Assembly: GCA_965662235.1 (NCBI GenBank)
Contig: CBFIGY010000001.1
Location: 385,237 to 449,236, forward strand
Reading direction: 5' to 3'
Length of the DNA stretch: 64,000 bases
Origin: an uncultured bacterium
Lineage (GTDB): Bacteria > SAR324 > NAC60-12
The notes under the pieces: model-generated
Database searches by the model: none
What the model saw: only the letters and a program-made list of their open reading frames with translations
What the model was told of the DNA's origin: nothing
In this document: piece by piece, positions 9,551 to 19,843 of the stretch
How the letters are laid out: every line of letters starts with the position of its first letter
Numbering within the stretch: position 1 is the stretch's first letter
Position numbers and translations under genes: made by a program

Positions 9551-10111
9551 TCAGGCGGCTTCGTTGCGAGTTGCTTTGGTAATCTGAATCAAGGGGGTGG
9601 GCCACTGCAGGTAGTCCTGCCACTGCGAGTCGGGGATCCGTAGCGGGAGGGTCTTGGCAATGGTCACCATCTGCCAGTAGTTGGGCTCAATCGGATGGTT
9701 GAGGGGCCGGAGGAACTTGGAGCCCTTGTCGAGGTTGCAGGGGTAGCAGGCGGCCACCACGTTTTCCCAACTGGTGGAGCCCCCTTTGCTTTTGGGGATG
9801 ACGTGGTCGATGGTCAGGTGTTCAGACGCATAGTGCTTGCCACAGTACTGGCAGTGGAAACGGTCGCGGAGGTAGATGTTGCGGCGGGTGAAGTGCACGC
9901 GGCTGGAGCGCCGGATGTACTTGGTCATTACGACCACGCTGGGCATGGGCATGGAGAAGCGTTGCGACCGGCATCGCCAATCCGGGTAGGTCCGGAGGAT
10001 GCGGACCTTTTCCAGAAAGTACGCTTTGACCGCTTGTTGCCAGGTCAGAACACTCAAAGGCGCCAGGGTAAGGGGCTGGTGATCCTGATTGAGGAGCAAA
10101 ACATCGCTCAT
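9551..10111 (-). CDS. Stand-alone HNH endonuclease (McrA-like, CxxC/CxxC zinc finger)
   Basis: RRNIYLRDRFHCQYCG...LTIDHVIPKSKGG..WENVVAACYPCNLDKG. Start MSDVLLLN at 10111. Confidence 0.9.
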   Translation of the reverse strand: MSDVLLLNQDHQPLTLAPLSVLTWQQAVKAYFLEKVRILRTYPDWRCRSQRFSMPMPSVVVMTKYIRRSSRVHFTRRNIYLRDRFHCQYCGKHYASEHLTIDHVIPKSKGGSTSWENVVAACYPCNLDKGSKFLRPLNHPIEPNYWQMVTIAKTLPLRIPDSQWQDYLQWPTPLIQITKATRNEAA

Positions 10112-10141
10112 CGGCAAGCGCTTGGAAAAGGCCACATCCAG

Positions 10142-10160
10142 GGGGAGGGCGACCCTCCCC
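10142..10160. terminator. GC-rich hairpin just downstream of the acnA stop
   Basis: GGGGAGGG-CGA-CCCTCCCC perfect 8-bp stem with no U-tract, so more likely a stabiliser or pause site than a strong terminator. Confidence 0.45.
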
Positions 10161-10165
10161 AGAGG

Positions 10166-12841
<2,676 letters not shown>

Positions 12842-13033
12842 TTCGCCTCATAATCAGGGTCGTTGGGTGCCTCCTTTTTCTCCCCACCAAACGGGAGCAG
12901 TAGGGGGAAAACTCGCAAATCATAAAAACACTGGCGAAATTCACAAGTTTTTCGCAGGGGCTCTGAGGATCTGGAAGCCGACCCGCTGTGAGAACAGTGG
13001 CCTCAGAAGCCCCGGTGAAGGTCCCGAAGCTCG

Positions 13034-14590
13034 TCAGGGGCGATCGCGCAGCTCGCGGCGCAGAATTTTCCCAGACGCGCTCTTGGGGATGGCGTCAATG
13101 AATTCCAGCCTCCGGACCCGCTTCTGCGGTGAAACCCGCTCGGCCACAAAGTCCATCAGCTCAGCTTCGGAGACGGTTGCCTCGGGCTTGCGGACGACAA
13201 AAGCGCGAGGAATTTCCCCAGCGGCTTCATCGGGAAAGGGCACCACGCCCACGTCGTTGACGTCGGGATGCGTCAGCAGCAGGGCCTCGAGTTCGGCAGG
13301 GGGCACCTGAAAGCCCTTGTACTTGATGAGCTCCTTGACGCGATCGACCACCCAGAAGTTGCCTTCTTCATCGGCCTCGGCGATGTCTCCAGTGTGCAGC
13401 CAGCCATCGGCATCCAGGGTCTGGGCGGTGGCTTCCGGATTGTTCAGGTAGCCCTTCATCACCTGTGGCCCACGGATGTGCAATTCCCCGCGCTCGCCGT
13501 AGCCCAGGGCCTTCCCGGACTCCACGTCCACAATCCGTGCTTCCGTGTTGGGGAGCAGGTGCCCGGCGGCGCCATAGCGGATCTTCTCCGGATCCTCTGG
13601 GCTCACATGGGTCACCGGACTGAGTTCGGTCATGCCATACCCTTGCTTCACCATCAGGTTCAGGCGAGTGGCACATTCCTGACTCAGCTCAGCGCCCAGA
13701 GGGGCGGCTCCAGAGAGGATCACCTTCAGGGTGGAAAGGTCGAACTGGTCCACCAACGGGTGCTTGGCAAGTGCCAGAACGATCGGGGGCACAATGTGAG
13801 CGCGGGTGATGCCATGCGTCTGGATGAGGCTAAGGAACTGCTCGAGGTCGAAGCGAGGCATGGTCACAATGGTGGCGCCGTTGCTGAGGGCGGCGTTCAT
13901 GATGACGGTCATCCCGTAAATGTGGTAGAAGGGCAGCACGCCAATGAGCACGTCGGCCTCGGTGGTGGGCTCTAGGTTCTCGAACTGCTTGATGTTGGCA
14001 ATGAGGTTCCGTTGCGTCAGCATGACGCCCTTAGGAATTCCGGTGGTGCCGCTGGAGTAAGGCAGAACGGCGAGGTCGGTGGCCGGATCCACGTCGAGGT
14101 CCGGAACCGGTCCCTCTGAACGGAGGAGCTGCTCAAACGGAGTGGCGCCCGGAGCCTCGCCAAGGACAAAGACCTCCTCGACTCCGGCGAGTTGTGCCGC
14201 CTCCAAAGCGGTTTCGAGGAGCGCTGGCAGCGTGAGGAGGAAGCGGGCCTCGCAGTCCTTGAGCTGACGCCCCAGCTCTTCGGCGGTGTAAAGCGGGTTG
14301 GCGGTGGTGCAGGTGCCTCCAGCGCGGACCACTCCATGAAAGGCCACCGCGTATTCTGGGACATTGGGACAGTAGATTCCAAAGACCTGCCCCTTTCCAA
14401 ACTGACGGGCTGCTAAGCCAGCGGCACAGCGCTCCACCTGCTCGCGCAGCTGTCCATAGGTAAGGGTGCGGCCGCTGGGGCCGTCAATCAGTGCCGGCTT
14501 GTCTGCCAGCGCCGCGGTTTTGCGTAGGATGATTTCCGGGAGGGAAAGGTCAGGAATGGCGACCGCCTCATAGTTGCTGTGGATGATCAT
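13034..14590 (-). CDS. 4-coumarate--CoA ligase-like AMP-binding enzyme
   Basis: PYSSGTTGIPKGV, QGYGMTE, GELHIRGPQVMKGY, WLHTGD, DRVKELIKYKGFQVPPAELE, PKSASGKILR. Confidence 0.9.
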   Translation of the reverse strand: MIIHSNYEAVAIPDLSLPEIILRKTAALADKPALIDGPSGRTLTYGQLREQVERCAAGLAARQFGKGQVFGIYCPNVPEYAVAFHGVVRAGGTCTTANPLYTAEELGRQLKDCEARFLLTLPALLETALEAAQLAGVEEVFVLGEAPGATPFEQLLRSEGPVPDLDVDPATDLAVLPYSSGTTGIPKGVMLTQRNLIANIKQFENLEPTTEADVLIGVLPFYHIYGMTVIMNAALSNGATIVTMPRFDLEQFLSLIQTHGITRAHIVPPIVLALAKHPLVDQFDLSTLKVILSGAAPLGAELSQECATRLNLMVKQGYGMTELSPVTHVSPEDPEKIRYGAAGHLLPNTEARIVDVESGKALGYGERGELHIRGPQVMKGYLNNPEATAQTLDADGWLHTGDIAEADEEGNFWVVDRVKELIKYKGFQVPPAELEALLLTHPDVNDVGVVPFPDEAAGEIPRAFVVRKPEATVSEAELMDFVAERVSPQKRVRRLEFIDAIPKSASGKILRRELRDRP

Positions 14591-14620
14591 GCTTCCTCCA
14601 AGGTTTCAGGGTTTTTACTA

Positions 14621-14887
14621 ATTTCGGACAGGAACCGAAATCAGCATCTTAAACTGCTTTTCTCCGAAACGTAAGGGGACGCTGCCGGAAAGGGACGTGG
14701 GAAAAGGGAAAGCGGAGGGAACGTATTTTTATGAAGTTAAGACTAGGAACTGAGGGAAAACTCAGGTAAGGTTAACGTTTCCCCAGACAGGAGGTTAGGG
14801 GCTGGATGCGGGATCGCATCCTCACGGAACTTTGGAACTAAAGGTTCATGCGCCGGCATGGAAGCCACACTGCATAAAGGACATGGA
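14621..14887 (+). ncRNA. Putative CsrA/RsmA-binding RNA (GGA-loop hairpin array; leader or sRNA)
   Basis: 19 GGA triplets counted by hand in about 265 nt, with six hairpins carrying GGA in the loop (see findings). Confidence 0.5.
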
Positions 14888-15626
14888 GCGCCACTTTAAT
14901 CAGGATTTTGCAGAAGACACCTGCAACGACTCACTGTTTGATGACTCACTGCTAGAGGCCATGATGGCGGAAACGCTTGCCTCCGTTCCAGATTACTCGT
15001 CGCTTGCTGAAGCCGGATTCAGTGCCAAGCCCCTCACTCAGGGGGTGAAGCCTGCAGGCCCGCTGAAGCAGCTGCCTCCTGCGCTCCAGGACGTCACCAC
15101 CCACTTCAGCACGCACCTGGCTGAGGTCTTTCAGCGCACCCTGAAGGAACCGTCTCGAATCCGCTTCACTCAGCATGCGGTTCTGCCCTTCGAGCAACTG
15201 GAACTCCTGGCTCCCGAACGTTCTTACTTTACGCTGCTTCGCCTCGATGGTCCGGAGTCAATGTGGCTGTTTCACCTCTCCCGTGAGGTGGCTGAAGGCC
15301 TTGCCTCGGCCCTGTACCTGGAGCGTCAGAAGCCCCAGCGCCGGCAGGCGGCCCACCCACGTCTCAGTGAGGCAGATTCCTTGATCTACGTGGAGACTGG
15401 CAGTGTGCTACGACACTGCATTCAGGGGTTGGTCTCGGCGTGGAAGGGCTCCAGCCGCTTGGGGTTGAAGGGGTTTCGGCATCAGCTGACACCGGGGGTG
15501 GCGCGTGGGTTTTCTCCGCAAGAGCCCTACCTGGTGCAGCACTTTTCCGTTGAGAATCGCCTGTTCCAAGGAGAGGCTCACACGGCTTTGCCCCTGCGCA
15601 TCGCTCACGTCTTGCTCGACCGCTGA
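14883..15626 (+). CDS. FliM/CheC-like domain protein (no C-terminal SpoA domain)
   Basis: Pattern resembles the FliM middle domain (helix, SRIRF..VLPFEQL, YFTLLRL, WLFHLSREVA..L, RLSEAD..I..VL..LVSAW). SD AAAGGA before ATG 14883. By-eye recognition only. Confidence 0.55.
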   Translation: MERHFNQDFAEDTCNDSLFDDSLLEAMMAETLASVPDYSSLAEAGFSAKPLTQGVKPAGPLKQLPPALQDVTTHFSTHLAEVFQRTLKEPSRIRFTQHAVLPFEQLELLAPERSYFTLLRLDGPESMWLFHLSREVAEGLASALYLERQKPQRRQAAHPRLSEADSLIYVETGSVLRHCIQGLVSAWKGSSRLGLKGFRHQLTPGVARGFSPQEPYLVQHFSVENRLFQGEAHTALPLRIAHVLLDR

Positions 15627-15628
15627 CG

Positions 15629-15967
15629 CTACCCCAGCGGCGGTCTTCCATACCTTCCGGAGTCGTCTTGACTCCAACGAATCCGACGCTGCACGGCGTC
15701 TAGGTTCAGTGGCCCATAGAGGTGCGGAAACGGCGCCTCGCCCGGCTCGGCTTCTTCCCAACGCAACTCCTCCTGCAGCTGGTCCACCCGGACCTCCCAC
15801 ACCTCCAGCTCTGGAACCTGCCCATAAAACCGGTTGGCGGTTCGCTCCAACTGTTCTGCCGTGGAAAAATGGATGAAGCCCTCGCGGGAAAGGCTCTCCG
15901 GAGCATAGGGACCTGCAGGCGCAGCACCCGGGAGGGTGAGGTGGTAGATCAGAGACGGTGTGGACAT
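15629..15967 (-). CDS. DUF952 domain protein
   Basis: IYH, SLSREGFIHFST, TANRFY, LRWE, FPHLYGPLNLDAV. Start at ATG 15967. Confidence 0.9.
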   Translation of the reverse strand: MSTPSLIYHLTLPGAAPAGPYAPESLSREGFIHFSTAEQLERTANRFYGQVPELEVWEVRVDQLQEELRWEEAEPGEAPFPHLYGPLNLDAVQRRIRWSQDDSGRYGRPPLG

Positions 15968-16017
15968 GGAATGAAGAGAAAGGAAAAAAGACGTTTCAGT
16001 TCGAAACAATTTGTCAT

Positions 16018-16046
16018 TTGACGCGGTGTTAGCGCTCGAGTAGCAT
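16018..16046 (+). promoter_or_regulatory. sigma70-type promoter of the SutA-like gene
   Basis: TTGACG (16018-16023), 17-bp spacer, TAGCAT (16041-16046). Confidence 0.7.
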
Positions 16047-16055
16047 GAGTGCCAT
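16029..16055. promoter_or_regulatory. CIRCE element (HrcA operator) overlapping the -10 box
   Basis: TTAGCGCTC-N9-GAGTGCCAT versus consensus TTAGCACTC-N9-GAGTGCTAA: 15/18 matches and exact N9 spacing. Confidence 0.75.
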
Positions 16056-16124
16056 AAATATCCAAACCGTTTTGGTAGGACGGTTTAAGTGACTGAAATA
16101 CTGACTTAACCTGAAGAGGTCACC

Positions 16125-16337
16125 ATGGCAGCTCAAGAACTCACTCACGAGGAAATCAACGAAGCGATGGAACGCTTCCTAGCAAAAGGCGGGCAGATTC
16201 AACGCATTGAGTATCAGGACAACGGATTTGTCCTGAGCAATGAGTTGGGTCTGGACGAGGACTACAGCACCGAAAACCTGGGCTCATCGATGCTCAAAAG
16301 TTTGGGTGTGGACTACGACTTGGACCCAGCCCTCTGA
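16125..16337 (+). CDS. Small acidic protein with a SutA-like RNA-polymerase-binding motif
   Basis: AMERFLAKGGQIQRIE resembles the SutA core as I recall it (AMEEFLSRGGKVQEIE); SD GAGG upstream; acidic C-terminal half. Confidence 0.65.
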   Translation: MAAQELTHEEINEAMERFLAKGGQIQRIEYQDNGFVLSNELGLDEDYSTENLGSSMLKSLGVDYDLDPAL

Positions 16338-16489
16338 TCTTCCTCTGAAGCACCTTCCGGGACGGGAGCCTCTGGCTTCCGTTCCTCTCCCCACAGCATC
16401 AACTTCCACATCTTCTTTACCTCCTCATCCGTCACGTCGCTCGGAAGCGAGAGCTTGAGGTGGTCAATCAAGTCCCTATCGCTGATCAT
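16313..16489 (-). CDS. Hypothetical small protein (58 aa)
   Basis: MISDRDLIDHLKLSLPSDVTDEEVKKMWKLMLWGEE... has helical, protein-like composition and fills the gap. Overlaps the 3' end of the SutA-like gene by 25 nt. Confidence 0.5.
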   Translation of the reverse strand: MISDRDLIDHLKLSLPSDVTDEEVKKMWKLMLWGEERKPEAPVPEGASEEDQRAGSKS

Positions 16490-16633
16490 CGTTGCTTTTC
16501 TGGTAGCGCACAACTGGATCCTCCGTAGCCGACAAGGCGTCAGACTCCGCGGACCAGAGCTAGCTTATAGAAAAACAACTATAATTGCAATTTAAAGGAA
16601 TTGTGATGAGGTGAGGTACAGGAGGGGGAGAAG

Positions 16634-16652
16634 GGCCGCGCCGGGCGCGGCC
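16634..16652 (-). terminator. Hairpin downstream of the cold-shock gene
   Basis: GGCCGCGC-CGG-GCGCGGCC stem followed by a pyrimidine tract on the minus strand. Confidence 0.5.
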
Positions 16653-16676
16653 AACCGACTCAACTTCGAAAGGCTC

Positions 16677-16868
16677 TTAGATGAGTTTCACTTCTTTAGC
16701 CGCAAGGCCTTTTCGACCTTGTCCCACTACGAATTCCACCTGTGCTCCATCGCGGAGGTGACCCCCTTGAACATCGGAGAAGTGCACAAACAAATCATCT
16801 CCGTTTTCTTGCTCAATGAAGCCGTAGCCTTTTTGCTCATTGAACCACTTTACTCGACCTTGCGGCAT
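16677..16868 (-). CDS. Cold-shock protein (CspA family)
   Basis: [25 protein letters not shown] (RNP1/RNP2 motifs). Start at ATG 16868. Confidence 0.95.
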   Translation of the reverse strand: MPQGRVKWFNEQKGYGFIEQENGDDLFVHFSDVQGGHLRDGAQVEFVVGQGRKGLAAKEVKLI

Positions 16869-17024
16869 ACTCGATCCTGAAAAAATAAAGGGCTGCAGCC
16901 CGAAAACCACTCCGCGGATACGGAGCCGTAGCTTGATTGCTACGAAAAATTAGTGTTAAGGAAACACTTCCGGATGTCCAGCTTAATCGGAAAAAACGCT
17001 TGCAGTGTGCCCTTAGTCCTGAAA

Positions 17025-18365
17025 CTAAGTGCCACTGATGTTCATTTTTTCAATTTTGAAGGCAGGGGTGAGGATGGCACTTCGCGGGTCCACTTCCGAC
17101 CCGATCATGCTCAAATTCTGGAGCATTTGCAGGTACGTGCTGGCGATGGTGAACTCAGCAACCGGCTCAGCCAGCTGTCCGTTGCGGATCCACAGGCCTT
17201 GCGCGCCCCGAGAGTAGTCACCGGTGGTGATGTTGGCTCCCTGCCCTGACATGAAGGTCAGGTAGAGCCCATCCGGCACACTGGCAATCAGTTCTGCCTC
17301 AGGGTAGGCGCCCGGAACGAGCATCAGGTTGCTGTAGCCTCCGGCGTGTCCGGTGGTCTCCTTGCCCAGTTTTTTGGCGGAGTAGGTGGAGAGCATGAAG
17401 TTCTGGAGCCGTCCGTTTTCAATCAACGGCAGGGGCTGAGCGGTGACGCCTTCAGCATCGTAGAGCCGGCTTCCCAGCTTCCCAGGGAGAAGCGGCTCGT
17501 CGCTCAGGGTAAAGTCCGGGTGCGCGATGACGGTTCCCAAGGCGTCGGCCAGGAAGGACTGCTTGCGGAAGATGTTCTCCCCCATCAGGGCCGAGGCCAG
17601 GCTTCCCAGAAAGCTCCTTGCCATCTCGGCGCTGAAGACCACCGGAACCTCGCAGGAACGCGGCTTGACGGCGCCGACCTTGCGGAGGACGCGCCGAGAG
17701 GCTTCTTGAGCAAGGTTGACGTTGGAGTCCAGCTGGTTGCGGAAGCGGTTGCTGGAGTACCAGCCATCGGTCTGCTTGCGTCCGGAGTTCTCTCCCCCCT
17801 GCCCTGGGTCATCAACCACCAGGGAGATGCCACGGGAGAAGAGGGTCTTGCTGTAGCCGTCGAGGAAGCCATTGGAGTCGGCATACACCACATGAGACAG
17901 CGCATCGGAGTAGTAAGCCTGATCCGACCGGAGGCGCTCATCCAACTCTAGGGTCTGACGTTCCAGCTCAATGGTTTCCGTCACCTTCTGGTCAGCGGGC
18001 ACCGAGGCGTGGTCAGGATCCAGCGCCTGCAGGTCCACCTGCGCGCGGCCCTGCCGCTCAGGGCTGGGGAGGTCGTAAAAGGCATCTTCACCCATGAAGG
18101 GCAGGGCTTCCAGCGTCTGCTGAATGAGGGGCCGGATGGAGTCGACGCTGAGGTCGTTTGAGGTCAGAGACGAGCGCCGGTGTCCCTGACTGAGGGTCAG
18201 GTGAATGCCAGAGGATCCGGACTCCCGCAGAGAGTCGATTTCCCCCTCTCGGATCTCTACCTGGAAGGACGTGGCGCTGGCAAGAGAAACGGTGATTTGC
18301 TCGGCGCCGGCCTTTTGGGCGACAGCGAGGATTTCCTGAGCAAGTGCTTGGTGCGCGTCGATCAC
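17025..18365 (-). CDS. pmbA: TldE/PmbA-family protein (copy 1)
   Basis: SFL, SRLYDAEG, TGHAGG, GANITTGDYS..AQG; no HExxxH. GTG start at 18365 overlaps the tldD stop (GTGA). Confidence 0.9.
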   Translation of the reverse strand: MIDAHQALAQEILAVAQKAGAEQITVSLASATSFQVEIREGEIDSLRESGSSGIHLTLSQGHRRSSLTSNDLSVDSIRPLIQQTLEALPFMGEDAFYDLPSPERQGRAQVDLQALDPDHASVPADQKVTETIELERQTLELDERLRSDQAYYSDALSHVVYADSNGFLDGYSKTLFSRGISLVVDDPGQGGENSGRKQTDGWYSSNRFRNQLDSNVNLAQEASRRVLRKVGAVKPRSCEVPVVFSAEMARSFLGSLASALMGENIFRKQSFLADALGTVIAHPDFTLSDEPLLPGKLGSRLYDAEGVTAQPLPLIENGRLQNFMLSTYSAKKLGKETTGHAGGYSNLMLVPGAYPEAELIASVPDGLYLTFMSGQGANITTGDYSRGAQGLWIRNGQLAEPVAEFTIASTYLQMLQNLSMIGSEVDPRSAILTPAFKIEKMNISGT

Positions 18366-19843
18366 ATGCCTCCTACGGTCATGTCCGAGATCAGCAGGGT
18401 CGGCAGTCCGACTCCCACAGGGACGCTCTGACCGTCTTTGCCGCAGGTCCAGATGCCGTCGCTGAATGCAAAGTCGTTCCCGACCATCGTGACCTTGGAA
18501 AGGGCATCGGGCCCGTTGCCAATGAGGGTGAAGTTCTTCAGCGGCACCGTTTTGCGGCCCTCTTCCACCAGCCACGCCACCGTGGGCACAAACACAAAGT
18601 CTCCGTTGGAGATGTCCACCTGCCCACCACTGAAGGACTCGCAGTAAACGCCCTTGCGGACCGATGCGAGGATTTCCTCGGGCTCGCTGGATCCGGGTGC
18701 TAGGTAGGTCGTGGTCATGCGGGGAAGGGGCGGGTGCGCGTAGGACTCGCGACGACCGTTTCCAGAAGGCTCAATGCCGTAATGCTGCGCGCTGATGTGG
18801 TCATGCATGTACTGGCGGAGGACTCCGTTTTCGATGAGGAGATTTTCCTGAGAGAGGGCTCCTTCGTCATCAAAATTGATGGCCCCGCGATCGTGTTCAA
18901 TGACTCCGGAGTCGTAGATGGTGCACAGGTCAGAAGCAACTTTTTCCCCAATGCGCCCACTGTAGGCAGAAGAGCCCTTGCGGTTGAAGTCGGCTTCAAG
19001 CGGGTGCCCAACGGCTTCATGGAGGAGGATGCCGGATTGAGCGGGGCCTAGGATGACTGGGAAGCTTCCGGATGGTGCCTGCACCGCTTGGAGCAGAAGC
19101 AGCGCATCCGCAGCGGCTTCGCGTCCCAGCCGTTGAGGCAGTCCGGACTCCAGCAGCGTCTGGGCACTGCGACGTCCTCCGGTTCCGGAGGAGCCTGACT
19201 GGATGTTGCCGTTTTCTTCTGCAACACAGTGCACATTGAAGCGCACCATGGGCCGCGTGTCGGCCATCAGGCGTCCGGTGGAGGTGGCAACAAGGTTGTG
19301 GGTCAAGGAATCCACGGTGGCCACGGTCACCCGGATGATGCGCTCATCCGTTTCATGAGCTGCTTGCTCTGCCGCTTGCAAAAGGTGAATTTTCTCACTT
19401 AGGGAGACGTCGTTGGCGGTCTCGTCAATCGGGTAGTAATTCTTGGGAACGAGGCGACTGAACTGCGCCACCTCATGTCCGGGAACACTGCCGTGCCGGG
19501 CAATGGCGGAAGCCGATCGGGCGGCACGGAGCATGGCTGGCAGCTCAAGGGTCTCGCTGTAGGCGTAGCCCGTCTGATCTCCCTGCAGGACCCGGACGCC
19601 CATTCCGGCAATCAGGGCCACCGACGAGCTTTTGACGATCCCTTCCTCTAGCACCACCGACTGTCGAGTGCTGTACTCAAAGTAGAGGTCGGCGTAGGTG
19701 CCTCCCTGACCCAGGGCCTCGGCCATCACCTGACGGAGGACCTCCGGAGTGATGCCCAGCTGGTGTTCGAACCAGCGGTCGGCCGAATCCGTTGCAGACC
19801 GGTGAGGCTGCAAGGCAGCGGCAGGTTGGGAAGCGTGTGGCAT
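18362..19843 (-). CDS. tldD: TldD metalloprotease (copy 1)
   Basis: LLHEAVGHPLEADFNRKGSS, GNGRRESY, PRMT, GGQVD, CGKDGQSVPVGVGLPT. Start at ATG 19843, TGATG-coupled to lpxB. Confidence 0.95.
   Translation of the reverse strand: MPHASQPAAALQPHRSATDSADRWFEHQLGITPEVLRQVMAEALGQGGTYADLYFEYSTRQSVVLEEGIVKSSSVALIAGMGVRVLQGDQTGYAYSETLELPAMLRAARSASAIARHGSVPGHEVAQFSRLVPKNYYPIDETANDVSLSEKIHLLQAAEQAAHETDERIIRVTVATVDSLTHNLVATSTGRLMADTRPMVRFNVHCVAEENGNIQSGSSGTGGRRSAQTLLESGLPQRLGREAAADALLLLQAVQAPSGSFPVILGPAQSGILLHEAVGHPLEADFNRKGSSAYSGRIGEKVASDLCTIYDSGVIEHDRGAINFDDEGALSQENLLIENGVLRQYMHDHISAQHYGIEPSGNGRRESYAHPPLPRMTTTYLAPGSSEPEEILASVRKGVYCESFSGGQVDISNGDFVFVPTVAWLVEEGRKTVPLKNFTLIGNGPDALSKVTMVGNDFAFSDGIWTCGKDGQSVPVGVGLPTLLISDMTVGGM

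Noticed and set aside
14600..14670. sigma28 promoter for the FliM-like gene (TAAA...CCGAAA)
   Set aside because: Spacing between the candidate boxes does not match the N15 requirement.
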